DNA of 64,000 nucleotides from an uncultured delta proteobacterium (GCA_963696385.1 CAVOKF010000007.1:1312001-1376000), one strand, 5' to 3'. Shown: positions 40,935 to 52,229, numbered from the stretch's first letter. The notes: generated by a model not told the origin, from the letters alone. Translations and numbers: made by a program.

Positions 40935-42137
40935 TCACGGCGTTCTGGCACAACGAAAGCCCTCGCCGCTATAGCCGGACGTCGGATTGCCGCTCAAGCG
41001 GTTCTGGGGCAGCAAGTCCAGCGCTTCGACGCCGAAGCTGCCGCCCCGGAACACCCGGGTCAGAGCAGTCGTGAGATAGGCGCAATCTGCACAGGGATCG
41101 ACGTACGCAGCGTACCAATCCAGGTTCCACTCCCACTCTTCGCCCGCCATATCCAGCTGACCCCAGTAGCTTGCTCCCAGGCTTGCTTTCCCCACCGGCG
41201 CGATGTTCGCTACGCCCAAGCAGGAGTCCAACATGCCAGTCGGATAGTAACAATTGAAACCATCGCCATAAATCGCGTACTGGCTCGCTGTCCCGGGATC
41301 CGTCGAGCCCCACGGATACTCTCGCTGCTGGCTCCCTCCCGCTGCCACGTACTCCCACTCTGCCTCGCTTGGCAAAAACCCCCCGTCCCAAATGCAGAAC
41401 GCGTACGCCTCGTACCAGTCCACGCAGTTGATCGGCAGATTCTCTTGGCTGCCCGCTCCGGTCGTCCACGTGCTCAACGGACCGCAAACCGCCGCCACGG
41501 TCAGACTCGCGTTCCACGTGCTCGCCGCGCCAGACCCCGTTGCGATATACGCGTTCCAGTCCGTGTCGTCCCATCCCGTCTCATACGTTCCCGGGCTCCC
41601 GCTGTTGGCCAGCCCCAGGCCGCCGTTCAAGTGCGTATGGATACCGCTACCGTTCGCAGGCGGCGCGCCGCTTGGGCCGGTCAGGTATTTCACGTATTGC
41701 CGAAAACGACTTACCGTTACCAAATACTTGTCCATCCGGAAGCCGCTTACCGTCGCCGGATTGGCACCGCCCGTCGCTCCCGCTCCGTTGTTCGCGTACG
41801 TCCGATCGTACGTACCCCCGATCACCTCCAAGCTCGTGCAGCAACTTTCGCTCCCACTCCCCCCGGGCCCGCAGTTCGTCATGCCGGGACCGCCGGGCTG
41901 GCAGCTGGGCGGTCCGGTGATTGGACCCGAGGAAAGACTCGTCGAATTCGATACGCCCGGACTGCTCGGTGCCGAGCGGGTCGAGCCGGTTGCGACCGCG
42001 TTCTGCGCGGATGCGCCACCATCCACCTCGGTTCCCGGCGCTTCGTCAAGCAGTCCGGTTCTGGCGCCGCACCCGGCCAGAGCCGCGACTGTGGCCGTGA
42101 TCGCTCGCACCCGCGCTTGGAGTCCGACAGGGCTCAT
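40935..42137 (-). CDS. FGE-sulfatase (SUMF1/C-type-lectin-fold) domain lipoprotein 1
   Basis: Lipobox LAGC; DKYLVTV, LPINCVDW, LPSEAEWE, DMAGEEWEW, RGG, GFRCAR. Confidence 0.92.
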   Translation of the reverse strand: MSPVGLQARVRAITATVAALAGCGARTGLLDEAPGTEVDGGASAQNAVATGSTRSAPSSPGVSNSTSLSSGPITGPPSCQPGGPGMTNCGPGGSGSESCCTSLEVIGGTYDRTYANNGAGATGGANPATVSGFRMDKYLVTVSRFRQYVKYLTGPSGAPPANGSGIHTHLNGGLGLANSGSPGTYETGWDDTDWNAYIATGSGAASTWNASLTVAAVCGPLSTWTTGAGSQENLPINCVDWYEAYAFCIWDGGFLPSEAEWEYVAAGGSQQREYPWGSTDPGTASQYAIYGDGFNCYYPTGMLDSCLGVANIAPVGKASLGASYWGQLDMAGEEWEWNLDWYAAYVDPCADCAYLTTALTRVFRGGSFGVEALDLLPQNRLSGNPTSGYSGEGFRCARTP

Positions 42138-42246
42138 TCTCCTGCCGAGAAGTGTCCCGTGGATCGAGAGCGAGCAGGATGGTTCAGGCATCAGGACTCC
42201 AGGGCCGAGCCGAGTCCTCGAACTGCAAATAACCTAGCCGTCCTTG

Positions 42247-43440
42247 TCACGGCGTCCTGGCGCACCGGAAACCTCGAATGGTGGAATGCACCGTCGTGTT
42301 GCCTTGTTCGCGAGATGGGACAAGCAAGAAATCCGGGGGGCCGTTCCAGCCGCCGCGGGCCACCCGGCCATCGTGTTCCGTAAGAAAGGCACAATCTGTG
42401 CACGGATCGACGTATGTAGCATACCAATCCAGGTTCCACTCAAAGACTTCCCCGGCCATATCCAGTTGACCCCAGTAGCCGGCTCCCAGCCTCGTCGTTC
42501 CGACCGGCGCAAGCTGCGTCGGGTTGGACCGGTACAGGTTGTCGTATATGGCGTACTGGGTATTGGACCCGGGCTCGGTCGCGCCCCAAGGGAACGCGCG
42601 CTGCTGACTTCCACCGGCCGCCACGTATTCCCATTCTGCCTCGCTCGGCAAGAAGCCACCGTCCCAAATGCAGAACGCGTACGCCTCGTACCAGTTCACG
42701 CAGGTGATCGGCAGATTCTCATAGCTGGCTGCCGTGCTTGTCCATGTGGGCGGGCCCATGTCCGGGGGGTTCAGGTTCGCGTTCCACGTGTTCGCCGCGC
42801 CAGGCCCCGTTGCGATGTACGTGTTCCAGTCCATCGCATCCCAGCCGGTCTCGTAGGTCCCTGGGTTCCCACTATTGGCCAATCCCAAGCCCCCATTCAA
42901 GTGCGTGTGAATGCCGCTTCCGTTCGCCGGCGGCGATCCCCCGGTGCCCGTCACGTAGTTGACGTAACGCCGGAAACGCCCCACCGTCACCAGGTACTTG
43001 TCCATACGGAATCCGCTCACCGTTGCCGGGTCGGCCAAACCAGTGGCTACACCATCCACGGGCGCTAAGGTCTGCCCGCTCTCGTCGAGATCGTAGGTGC
43101 GGTCGTACGTACCTCCGACGACCTCCAAGCTCGTGCAGCAACTCTCGCTGCCACTCCCTCCTGGCCCGCAGTTCGTCATCCCGGGCCCGCCGGGCTGGCA
43201 ACTCGGCGGCCCGTTCATTGAACTACCCGACGGGCTCGAAGCCGAGCCGGTTGGGCTCGTTGCGCCTACGCCTTGTACGGATGCGCCGCCGTCCACGTCG
43301 GTTACGGGCGTTTCGTCGGGTGCACTGGTTCTACCGCCACACCCTTGTAGAACGCAGATCGTGGCCGCGATCGCCCTTATCCTCGTTTGGAATCCGGCCG
43401 CTAACTGGCCCCTGCCGAGCCGTGCGGACGAAAAACTCAT
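42247..43440 (-). CDS. FGE-sulfatase domain lipoprotein 2
   Basis: Lipobox-like LQGC; same motifs; tandem paralog of lipoprotein 1. Confidence 0.92.
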   Translation of the reverse strand: MSFSSARLGRGQLAAGFQTRIRAIAATICVLQGCGGRTSAPDETPVTDVDGGASVQGVGATSPTGSASSPSGSSMNGPPSCQPGGPGMTNCGPGGSGSESCCTSLEVVGGTYDRTYDLDESGQTLAPVDGVATGLADPATVSGFRMDKYLVTVGRFRRYVNYVTGTGGSPPANGSGIHTHLNGGLGLANSGNPGTYETGWDAMDWNTYIATGPGAANTWNANLNPPDMGPPTWTSTAASYENLPITCVNWYEAYAFCIWDGGFLPSEAEWEYVAAGGSQQRAFPWGATEPGSNTQYAIYDNLYRSNPTQLAPVGTTRLGAGYWGQLDMAGEVFEWNLDWYATYVDPCTDCAFLTEHDGRVARGGWNGPPDFLLVPSREQGNTTVHSTIRGFRCARTP

Positions 43441-43889
43441 TGGGCAATCAAGTGGCTTTCGCATAGCGATGGTGACTCCGGCGATTGGGGCACGAGCGAC
43501 GGTAGCGTTCTCGCTCGGCGGTTCGAGTGCGGCCGAGAGGAGCATCCCCGCTGAGCGGCATTGGATGTCGACGACGACGGTATCTTTTGCTGGCGGCGGC
43601 ATCCATTTCACTCGATTGCAACGAACCCACGTTTGTGGCAGCGTTTCCGCGGCTTTCCGTCGATCGGCAGGCGTTGCACTCGGCCGGCGGCGGTCGTACG
43701 CTCCCGGTCCAGGCGGCATGAAGCTCGTCGACTGCACCCTCGCGCAGCACGGAGCCGCGGCGTGGACGAAGCCGTCACCGTGACTGATGGACGTCACGGA
43801 CGCCGACGCCGTTCACAAAGCTGCCTGGAGGAGAAGGACAATGAGCGTCGCAACAACAGGCCCACCACCCACACGACCCATACGATCGC

Positions 43890-44085
43890 AGGCAGGCGAC
43901 GACGGGCTCCTCGCGCGGCTCAGGGCTCGCTGGCCGACGTCCCTGATGCTCACTCATCCGGACGCGAACCGCGAGACGAGGCTGGCCGACATCGAGAAGG
44001 GGCGCGCGGACATAGTCTCGATTGGCAAGATGCTTCTGGCGAACCCCGACCTGGTTGCGCGCATCCGAGCAGGAGCACCGCCGGC
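43890..44085 (+). pseudogene. Old-yellow-enzyme/alkene reductase C-terminal fragment
   Basis: IEKGRADIVSIGKMLLANPDLVARIRAGAP. Confidence 0.7.
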
Positions 44086-44202
44086 GGAGTTCGCGGGCGA
44101 GTGTGTGCCGGTCTCGAACGAGGGTGTGATGGACCCTGAGCGCGCGTGCGAGCGCGATGGAGACGACGGCGACGGGCGGGGAGAGCACGTCTCCGGATCG
44201 AG

Positions 44203-44312
44203 CAAATCGGTTTGCCGCTCGGTGACAACGGAAGCCCCTAAGACGCGATATGTTTCCGCGGGGTCTTCCGCGGCTCTTCGTTGACCGATACCCTTTCGAC
44301 TGGCTACTCGCC
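44203..44312 (-). repeat. 110-bp repeat, copy A (left-type)
   Basis: CAAATCGG...CCCCTAAGACGCGATATGTTTCCGCGG...GCTCTTCGTTGACCG...GGCTACTCGCC. Confidence 0.85.
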
Positions 44313-44392
44313 TCGGCGGTGGACGAACGAGTGCGCGTCTGAGACCATGCAGTTCGACCTGCCGCGAGCGTGCGTGGACGCTTAAGTCGCCG

Positions 44393-44875
44393 GTGGCATT
44401 CGCGGAGAGACTCACGGCGGCGACCGACGGGCGGTCCACGGATGCGTACAAGTACAACCTTGTTGACGCCGAACCCGGCGGCCATCACTGCTGCACGAGC
44501 CTCGGGGAGTACCGGGTCATCGTGGGCCGCGTTGAGGCAACCGTCGACGCGCTCGCGGAGATTCGCACGAGCTTCGTGCCGCTGGCCGCCGGCGATCCGG
44601 ACCTGGGATGGGAGCCCGCGTCGGTGGGCGCAGACGACGTCGATGCACGCACGTGGACGGACCTCTGCGCCTTCATCGACGGCATCGTCCGCCGCGGAGT
44701 ACGAGGGCCGCCCCAGTTCATGAACAAGGGGGCGATCGCGGAGTTCCCCAGCTTCGAACTCGCGCGCGCGCTGTGCCGCAGCATCATCGCGCGATCTGGC
44801 TGCAGCCAGGGCCGGCCGGGCTGCGTGGCGATTCCCCCTCTAGCTCCACTACGGGCGCAGCGCCGTCAGTCTTGA
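44393..44875 (+). CDS. Hypothetical protein lying between repeat copies A and B
   Basis: 160-aa ORF that nearly fills the gap between the inverted repeats; no motif recognised. Confidence 0.5.
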   Translation: MAFAERLTAATDGRSTDAYKYNLVDAEPGGHHCCTSLGEYRVIVGRVEATVDALAEIRTSFVPLAAGDPDLGWEPASVGADDVDARTWTDLCAFIDGIVRRGVRGPPQFMNKGAIAEFPSFELARALCRSIIARSGCSQGRPGCVAIPPLAPLRAQRRQS

Positions 44876-45016
44876 CGGACGGACGATCGACTACGGCCTT
44901 CACGAGTTGGCCACGCTCGTCTGGAGGGCGAGTAGGCGGCGCAAAGCTTGTCGGCCGACGAAGAGACGCGGAAACCGCCGCGGTCACATAAAAGGCCTTT
45001 GGGGCGCTCGTTGTCA

Positions 45017-46966
45017 GTCGGGTAGGCCGGGGATGTTGTCTCCCCGGCCCCCCTTCGGATCCGGACGTGCGCAATTCACGCATCCGGCTCTTCGGTCACG
45101 GGTTCGCTGCGCGCGGGAGAAATGGGTGAGCGATGCGAGGCGGCGGGAGCGGGTAGCGCTCCAGCAGAAGCCGCATTCGCTTCCAAGGCATATGGCGTCG
45201 TTGCGACCGGCGGTTGAGCCACCGGCGCCACAACGCAATAGTCTTGCGGCAGAAGAGCGCGATGGCGCGGAAATTCCCGGTGATTCCGTAATATCCGTAG
45301 TGACCACGCAGCTTTTGCCCAAGTGCCTTCTGCTGCTCGCGGATGGCGTCGTGCCGGTGCTCCCTGCACCATTGCGCGACCCGCGACACCGCTCTCCGGA
45401 AGCGGTCTTTGGCTGTTTTGCGCATGACAATCCACTTGCCAGAGCGAGCTTTGCCCCAGTAGTGCGTGAAGCCGAGTAGGTCGAAGCTGCCAGGACCTCG
45501 GTCGCCGCCATCGACTTTCGATGAGCGACGGTCAGGGCGCTGAAACTCCACCAACCGCGTCTTCTCGGGATGCAGCGCCAGGCCGTACGCACCCAATCGC
45601 TTCGGCAGCACGTCCAGCACCTTGCGGGCATCCACTTCATGCGAAAACAAAAGCACTGCATCGTCCGCGTAGCGGACGAGCAGCGCCTTGCCCGAAAGCC
45701 TTGGTTTAACTTCGCGCTCAAACCAGACGTCGAGCACCTCGTGCAGGAAAATGTTCGCCAGAATCGGCGAAATCACCCCGCCCTGCGGTGTGCCCGTTTC
45801 CGGATACGCAATGGCTCCGTCTTCGAGCACGCCCGCATTCAACCACTTTCCGATGAGCCGCAGCAGCACTCCGTCGTGCACCCTGCGGCGTAGGACTTCC
45901 CGTAATTTCCCGTGGTCCAGGACGTCGAAGAACTTGCGTACGTCGACCTCGAGGACCCACCCGCCACCCATCATTACCGCTTGATTCTGCAGGGTCTCGA
46001 GCGCTTGATGCGCCGAGCGCCCCGGCCGGAAGCCGTACGAGCAGTCCAGAAAGTCCTGCTCGTAGACCGCCTCCAGCACCATCGCGACCGCGCGCTGCAA
46101 TACCTTATCTTCGAAGCTGGGAATGCCGAGCGGTCTCGTTTCCGAGCCGCTCCCCTTCGGGATATGGACTCGCCGCACCGGCGGTGCTCGGTACGTACCA
46201 GACTTCGCGCGTTCGAGAAGCGACTGCAGGTTGCCCTCCAGGTTTTCCGCATACTCTTGCGCGCTCTGCCCGTCTACGCCACGAGCCCCGTCCTTGCGTG
46301 TGCGTCGGTACGCTTCGCGGAGCCAGTCGGTATCGATGTGATGGGCAAGCGTTCGGAACGCCATATCGGGCGCGTCCTTCGCCAGCTTTGCTATCCGTTC
46401 GAGTTTCGTTGAGATGGGAATTGAGTTCGGCGCCTCGGCCATCGTTCCCTCCAGCGGTTCCGTGTTTTCCGGTGCCGCCCTTTGCTCGGCGGGGTCCCTT
46501 GGGACGGTTCCCCCGCGTCGTCGCTCCTACTGCGGCACTCCGACTTCCCGTCGCCCATCGCGCTTGGCTTCGTTGCCTTCGCCGCGCACTACCGCCGCAA
46601 TTCAACAGCCGGAGGCGCCGGGATATCCCAGGTTCCTGGACCGTCCTTTGCGTACATGCCCTGCTGTTCACCCCGGCAGAGTCGACGGGCCAGGCCTTCG
46701 GGCTCGCCCGACTTTTCGGCACGTCGATGTTGCCTTCCGCGTTTCAAAACGCGTCGGCCTCCGCGAAGAGACGGATTTCGAGGCTCTTTGCACGGCCTGC
46801 ACGCCCGCTGTGTACGCTTCGCAGCCGCGATTGCTCGCGAACCACGCAACACTCGCTTCCGGCTGGCGGCCCCGCCTTGGCCGGTCGGGAATTTCACCCG
46901 CGGACGGTTACGTGAGGTTTCCGCTCTTACATGTCTTCCTCCTCACCCAGGCTTCGCCTGGCGCAC
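45017..46966 (-). mobile_element. Group II intron I1, intact (class E-like)
   Basis: 5' GTGCG at 46966; domain V GAGCCGGATGCGTGAATTGCGCACGTCCGGATC; 3' end CCTACCCGAC; EBS1 TTGAAA (46742-46747) pairs with IBS1 TTTCAA. Confidence 0.95.
45096..46442 (-). CDS. ltrA: Group II intron reverse transcriptase/maturase, no endonuclease domain
   Basis: [34 protein letters not shown], domain X (LRGHYGYYG). Confidence 0.96.
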   Translation of the reverse strand: MAEAPNSIPISTKLERIAKLAKDAPDMAFRTLAHHIDTDWLREAYRRTRKDGARGVDGQSAQEYAENLEGNLQSLLERAKSGTYRAPPVRRVHIPKGSGSETRPLGIPSFEDKVLQRAVAMVLEAVYEQDFLDCSYGFRPGRSAHQALETLQNQAVMMGGGWVLEVDVRKFFDVLDHGKLREVLRRRVHDGVLLRLIGKWLNAGVLEDGAIAYPETGTPQGGVISPILANIFLHEVLDVWFEREVKPRLSGKALLVRYADDAVLLFSHEVDARKVLDVLPKRLGAYGLALHPEKTRLVEFQRPDRRSSKVDGGDRGPGSFDLLGFTHYWGKARSGKWIVMRKTAKDRFRRAVSRVAQWCREHRHDAIREQQKALGQKLRGHYGYYGITGNFRAIALFCRKTIALWRRWLNRRSQRRHMPWKRMRLLLERYPLPPPRIAHPFLPRAANP

Positions 46967-46989
46967 TTGAAAGCGCCGTCCCAATTGAG

Positions 46990-47180
46990 TGTCCTGCCTT
47001 TCTGCGAAGTCGTTCACCGGACAGGAATTCCATCGCCTTGCAGCGACGGCGACTGACGCGCAGCTGGAGACGGCGCAGATCGAGTTGGCCCGGGCCGCAG
47101 TGTCGAAGTTCGACCTCGGCACGAATGTGCTCGCGTTCGACACGACGAATTTTGACACGTACATCGCCACAACAACCGAG
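46990..47180 (+). pseudogene. IS1634-family transposase fragment
   Basis: AVSKFDLGTNVLAFDTTNFDTYI. Confidence 0.65.
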
Positions 47181-47417
47181 GGAGCAGCTGCTGCTTCTTG
47201 ACGGGCGCAGAGCTCGAGGGCGCCGGCTCGGTCCGCGTCGAGCCCATCGGGGCACGCGAGCCGTTGCTCGAGCTTTCGGGTGATCTTGCCCGCACCCTTG
47301 GCGATGGGGGTCCCGATCGCGCGCAAGTGGCACGTTGAGTCTCGTCCCCTCGCGCAAGGGCGTTCTCGCTCGCTGCTCGGAGAAAAGCGCCTCGTCGCAC
47401 TTGACGGTCAAATGGAA

Positions 47418-47466
47418 GCCGGTCGAAAGCGTATCGGTCAACGAAGAGCCGAGGAAGCCGCCGCGA
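47418..47466 (+). repeat. 110-bp repeat, partial copy C
   Basis: GCCGGTCGAAAGCGTATCGGTCAACGAAGAGCCGAGGAAGCCGCCGCG. Confidence 0.8.
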
Positions 47467-47566
47467 TGGCCGCGCGACCGGCAAAGCACCTTCCGGCGGG
47501 CTGAACCCAACCCAAGCGGGCACGACAAGTCCAGGTCTCCCCTGCCCCGTCGGGCGTACTTGCGGT

Positions 47567-48778
47567 TTAGGCTGCCCAGGCGCTCGGGGGAACGGCCACA
47601 GGATCGCCTGGAACCAGGGTGGCCACGGATACGTGCGGCCAAGTCAGGCCGGCGAAATTCAGGAACACGACCTGTGAGTATTGGATTTGCGTCGATGTAA
47701 CTGTGATCGTGATCGGTGTCGGAATGTCGCGCGGGGGCTCTACATGGAAGACCGGTGCGAATCGTCCGGACGGACCCGACGCCGGGATCTTCAAAGGGGC
47801 GTCTCCCAACTTGAAGACTGGAACGACAATCTTGTGCTCCACGGTCTCGATCCAGAACGTCGCCGTCATCTTGACAGCGTTGGCGTTCGGGTTCGTCGAA
47901 GTCGGATCGCCCAGCAAGAACGCGATGTCGTCCGTGCCTCCGCCGAACTCCGGCGGCGGGGGTATCGTCGAAACGGTAAAGACAATGGTGTTAGTGATCG
48001 TCTGCCCAGCGATGGCCTCTCGCAGCACGGTATTGGGGTCATTCAGGATGGGCTGGGTGATCGTTCCAGCCGCGATGAATTTCGTCAAGTCCTGCGGGAT
48101 TCTGGGGGTATCTCCATTCGACGCCGTCTGACTGGCAAATTGGATCAGATGTGGCGGGCTGCTTCCAATCAAGAACGGCGTGATGCTGACCGGCGGGATC
48201 GTGGGAGGACCCTTGATTGACGTCGTCGGCTCGAGGGTCTGTGCATTGATGGTGGTGCCGTGCGGGATGGACGCCATACGCACCAAGGAATTGGCCAAAA
48301 CGGGCCGCGTCTTGGTGGCTGGAATATGCATCCACAAGCCAGGCTCGAAATGAATAGCGGTTGCCGGCCCGTCCCCCTTGCCCGTTGCCTGGTTGGTCAC
48401 GTCCTTGATGGCTTGAACGTAGGGCACGCCATTGAGAAAAATGTCGTTCTGATCTTCCAAGCCACGATTGGGCACATTCCCGAGTGGGCTGCTGAAAGAC
48501 AGAGTCTCGGTCGTCAAGTTGAGCTCCAGAACGTTCTCGCTCGGTGGCGTTGGGGGCGCAGGGGTGACAGGGGTCGGAAAGGTGGTGGTGGTTGGCGCCA
48601 CGCTATTGGGACGAAAGATCATGTTGAAGCCGCTGCCGACGAAGGTACCGGTGAAGTTGGCCAGAACGCCAAGCGGCGGTGTCGGAGCTGGACCGACGCG
48701 GCGAACGGGTGCGATTTCATCGATGTGGAAATCAGGCGGCAGAGAGATCTGAGCAGGTTTGGACGTCTCGTCTGACAT
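47567..48778 (-). CDS. Putative heme-binding (beta-barrel, FMP-peroxidase-like) protein
   Basis: G.GFNMIFRP, LELNLTTETL.F, VPNRG, IHFEPGLW, SIPHGT, WPHVSVATL; AGGAG RBS upstream. Family recalled from memory. Confidence 0.6.
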   Translation of the reverse strand: MSDETSKPAQISLPPDFHIDEIAPVRRVGPAPTPPLGVLANFTGTFVGSGFNMIFRPNSVAPTTTTFPTPVTPAPPTPPSENVLELNLTTETLSFSSPLGNVPNRGLEDQNDIFLNGVPYVQAIKDVTNQATGKGDGPATAIHFEPGLWMHIPATKTRPVLANSLVRMASIPHGTTINAQTLEPTTSIKGPPTIPPVSITPFLIGSSPPHLIQFASQTASNGDTPRIPQDLTKFIAAGTITQPILNDPNTVLREAIAGQTITNTIVFTVSTIPPPPEFGGGTDDIAFLLGDPTSTNPNANAVKMTATFWIETVEHKIVVPVFKLGDAPLKIPASGPSGRFAPVFHVEPPRDIPTPITITVTSTQIQYSQVVFLNFAGLTWPHVSVATLVPGDPVAVPPSAWAA

Positions 48779-49151
48779 GGCGGTTATCTCCTCGTTGGTA
48801 GCGCGGTTGGCCCGTCTAGAATGCGATTCGAGGAGACAGTGTCCATTTCACTGCATTGCAGCGAGCAGTCCGAGCTTGTGGCTCAGCTTCAGGGCAACGA
48901 GTTTGCGGTTGGGCGGTAAGCGTGCAACGCGCCCCACTGTTTACCTGAGTTCAAGAAAGGTTCAGGGGGTCGGCGTCCGAGCGATCAAGCCACTGCCAAC
49001 GGTTCGGCAAGCTTCTTGCCCCGGTACACCTCGCGAATGTGGGCGAGCACGTTGAGACGGTCGTCGCGTCGACGTCGTTGCCGTGGCGGCAACAGAGCGC
49101 GGCCGTGTTCGGCGACTTCACGCCAGTGGTTTGATGAGGCAGAGGCCAGGC

Positions 49152-49262
49152 GGCGAGTAGCCGGTCGAAAGCGTATCGATCAACGAAGAGCCGCGGAAAC
49201 CGCGGCGGTCACATATAAGGCCTTTGGGGCGCTCGTTGTCATTGAAAGCGCCGTCCCAATTG
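49152..49262 (+). repeat. 111-bp repeat, copy D (right-type, uninterrupted)
   Basis: GGCGAGTAGCC...GGCCTTTGGGGCGCTCGTTGTCATTGAAAGCGCCGTCCCAATTG. Confidence 0.9.
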
Positions 49263-49349
49263 AGCGCACGTACGCTTACCCGTGCGTGCGCCTTTCTTTA
49301 CATCGCTACCGAAGGCGCAAGTGGTACGCTTGTCTATTGGGGGTGATGC

Positions 49350-49967
49350 GTGAGAGGGATAGGCTGGCTCTTTGCTCTGATATTCGGGGTCGTTCTAGTC
49401 GCCGCCGCAATGGGGTCACGCGATCGGGTCAGCCAGATCCGTGAGACTACGATGGCCTCTCCGGTCTCGCCCGCGACCACGACCGCGGCGGCGCGGGACA
49501 TCGAGATACCCGAGCGCGCCGTGATGCGTGCATGGATCGCAGGTGCGCCGCAGACCGACGAATTGCAAGCGTGTCTGAGCGCGCTCGGCTACGACGTGGG
49601 TCCGATCGACGGAATCGACGGCCCGAAGACGACGTCAGCCCTCAAAGCTTTCGTCGCGGGCGGCGAGCCGTCCGACGAACGCACCCGAGTCTGTTGGCGG
49701 GCCATCGAAACGAGACGAGCCTTCGATGCTATCGCTGTGCAGACTGCGCCGCCCGCGGTCGCCCCTGCGCCGACGTACCTACCGGCCTCTCAACAGGCGG
49801 CAACGGCTGCCCGGCAGACGGGTCCGGGGGCAGAACTGCCCGGACTGCCCGCCGCGGGCTACGGCGACGTCTCGAACACGACGGGCCTGCCGCGGACCCA
49901 GTGCGTGAACGGCTACACGCGGAAAGACGGGACCTACGTTGCCCCGTATTATCGGAGTCACCGCTAG
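49350..49967 (+). CDS. Exported protein with a peptidoglycan-binding domain
   Basis: N-terminal TM; LQACLSALGYDVGPIDGIDGPKTTSALKAF; C-terminal VNGYTRKDGTYVAPYYRS. Confidence 0.8.
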   Translation: MRGIGWLFALIFGVVLVAAAMGSRDRVSQIRETTMASPVSPATTTAAARDIEIPERAVMRAWIAGAPQTDELQACLSALGYDVGPIDGIDGPKTTSALKAFVAGGEPSDERTRVCWRAIETRRAFDAIAVQTAPPAVAPAPTYLPASQQAATAARQTGPGAELPGLPAAGYGDVSNTTGLPRTQCVNGYTRKDGTYVAPYYRSHR

Positions 49968-50912
49968 GCTCCACGAACGGACGTCGGCCCGCGAACGGGG
50001 CTTCGGCCGGTCGACCGGAAACGCGGGGGAACGTTCAAACGGTCGGCATGGTGAGGGAATGCTACTTCGGGGCGAAGCGCAAGGTCATGGGCGCGGGACG
50101 TTATAATAAAAGGTGGACACTGCCAGTCGGTTCAGTATGCTCTTGAGCATGCACGAGTTCATCCCGGTTGCTGTCCTGGTCGGCGCGACGTGTCAGATCT
50201 GCGGGCGCTACCTAACAGCCGAAGACGCCGCCGATGCTTCCCATCAAGAGACGGTGATTTGCATGTGCGGGAGCCGAGAGTTTCGCTTGCTGAATGGCGA
50301 GTGTTTGATGGACTGTCCAGACGCATAGCTGCGGCGTAAACCCGCGACCGCCGGCCCCGGCGTCCTACTCACTCCGCCACCCCGGCCAAATGAAAGATGA
50401 GCGCCACGACCAGCTCGCCCTTGGCGTTGGTCTTGATCCCCGAGCGGCAGGCGTAGCCGAGGGCGTGCGCGGCGGCCTTGAAGGCTTCAAGGGCAGAGAC
50501 GAGGGCGATCAGGATGCCTTCCCATCGGGTGGCGCTCATACCTGAACGTATGATCGGTACCGGCACGGCGTCAAGGACCGCTTCCCGCGCATCGCTGAGA
50601 GTGCGGCAATCGTAGCGCCCGGCGAAATTGGCACGGGTAAGTCCCTCAGCGGCGGCAGGACTGCGGAACGTCTCCTTCTAGTCTCTTTGACAGTTTGTTT
50701 GGCCAAATTGTGGCGTTGGCCCGGTTGATCGCGTAGTCCGCGCCGTGTGGAACTGTTCAAACGTTCCGGTTACTTGGACGAGTTGCTATCACTTCAGAGC
50801 CGGCAGACCGCGAAAAAACAGCGATTTTGCAGCACGGCGCGGCGTGCGTATAACATCCAAAGTGTTGGACGGGCGCGTGGACTCGCCCTTGGCCAACCGG
50901 AGTACATGGGGC

Positions 50913-51095
50913 ATGGCTGAAATTGCTGACATGGAGCAAGCGTTTCTGCGCGCACTCGAGGCCCTCAAGCAGATCCAGAACGCACCACGGCGCCAGATCG
51001 TTTACGCGCAAGAGGGCCCGCGGGTGTACGCGTTCACGAAGCGGGATGACCTTGCGGATCAGGTGCCGGCCGCTCGCGAGTTTGCTCGCAGATAA
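50913..51095 (+). CDS. Small hypothetical protein
   Basis: MAEIADMEQAF...; ends 6 nt before the next ORF. Confidence 0.4.
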   Translation: MAEIADMEQAFLRALEALKQIQNAPRRQIVYAQEGPRVYAFTKRDDLADQVPAAREFARR

Positions 51096-51101
51096 CCGCG
51101 C

Positions 51102-52229
51102 GTGTCCTTTTCGAGCCGCCTCCGGGGCGTCTTCGCCGGCCACCTGTTTGCCGGCTTCGTGGCGGCGGCCCTGCTGGTGGCCGGAATTGTGGGCGCTCCA
51201 CTTCTGGGCGCCACTTCACCGGCATACGCTTGGGCGTTCGTCGGAGTCGTAGCCTTCACATTTGTTGTCACGGCGGCACAGCAATTCGCGATTGCCGTTG
51301 AACGGCGCGAAGAGCAAGCACGCCTAACGCTTCAGCTCTCTTCTGCGGAAGCCCACCTCCAGGGCTTGGAGGCGGCTCATCGGCGTCTACCTGACCTTAT
51401 TCGCACAATGCCCGAAGAGGACTTTCTCCATCGGTTGGGGGGCACCGTCGAACAAGTCTTCCTCTTCGACGGACAGGCTGTGTCGAAAGCTGACATGCTA
51501 AAATCTCTTGGACTAAGACTCCATGGGATATCGCGTCTTGCTGCTATGTTCGACAGGGCCGGCGATGGATTCTGTGCCAACGCTATGCTTTTCGTGGAAG
51601 GTGACGAAGCGATTCCATGGTGGTCAAACGTTCTCTTCGATAGTGAAGGGGTCGCTTTGGCCGGACTCAGGGGACTACTAGTTCTTCCTCACGAAATAAC
51701 GTCGACGTCGGATGCCGTTCTAGATCCAAATGTAGCAGAAATAGCGCTACCCGTGCCTTTAGATCCAGGATCGGCCCGAAGTACCGGTGGTAGCGGCTGG
51801 AAAGTACTTCCCGGGGCGCCATTCGTATTCAGCGTTGATACAAGGTTCGAATTATTCGAAGGTTCAAAGGATATCGACGATTGGTGCGAGCGCGAAGGCG
51901 ACCATCCCGCTCACGTTCGCAGGAAACTCAGAGAATACTTCGAGAAGGCGCCATTTAGCGGCTTTCTCTCAATGCCATTGTACCCGCCGAGTGCGGATTA
52001 TAATGTAAAACGCACCCCAATAGGTGTAGTCAACATCCATTGGGGGAAAATCGACCGACTGCGTCAACGCGAAGCCGTCGCGAACTTCGTCGCTGGACTC
52101 TCGCCTCTACGAATTCTACTTGCCAACCGGCTTACCCGCCTGCGTGCGGAGCACGGTCCACCTAAGCCGACGGCAGGCAGGGAACCGCCGCGGGCGTCGG
52201 CTCCGCCTCAATCGAAGAAGACATCATGA
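51102..52229 (+). CDS. Two-TM protein with coiled coil and possible GAF-like domain
   Basis: Two N-terminal TM helices; FLSMPLY...PIGVVNIH is GAF-like; visibly more AT-rich than its flanks. Confidence 0.6.
   Translation: MSFSSRLRGVFAGHLFAGFVAAALLVAGIVGAPLLGATSPAYAWAFVGVVAFTFVVTAAQQFAIAVERREEQARLTLQLSSAEAHLQGLEAAHRRLPDLIRTMPEEDFLHRLGGTVEQVFLFDGQAVSKADMLKSLGLRLHGISRLAAMFDRAGDGFCANAMLFVEGDEAIPWWSNVLFDSEGVALAGLRGLLVLPHEITSTSDAVLDPNVAEIALPVPLDPGSARSTGGSGWKVLPGAPFVFSVDTRFELFEGSKDIDDWCEREGDHPAHVRRKLREYFEKAPFSGFLSMPLYPPSADYNVKRTPIGVVNIHWGKIDRLRQREAVANFVAGLSPLRILLANRLTRLRAEHGPPKPTAGREPPRASAPPQSKKTS

Larger units (their letters stand above)
44927..46987 (+). repeat. 111-bp repeat, copy B (right-type), split by a group II intron into 44927-45016 and 46967-46987
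   Basis: The rejoined halves match the uninterrupted copy D across GTTGTCA|TTGAAAGCGCC. Confidence 0.9.

Noticed and set aside
40692..43068. Long plus-strand ORFs (563 and 274 aa)
   Set aside because: Antisense to the FGE lipoprotein genes.
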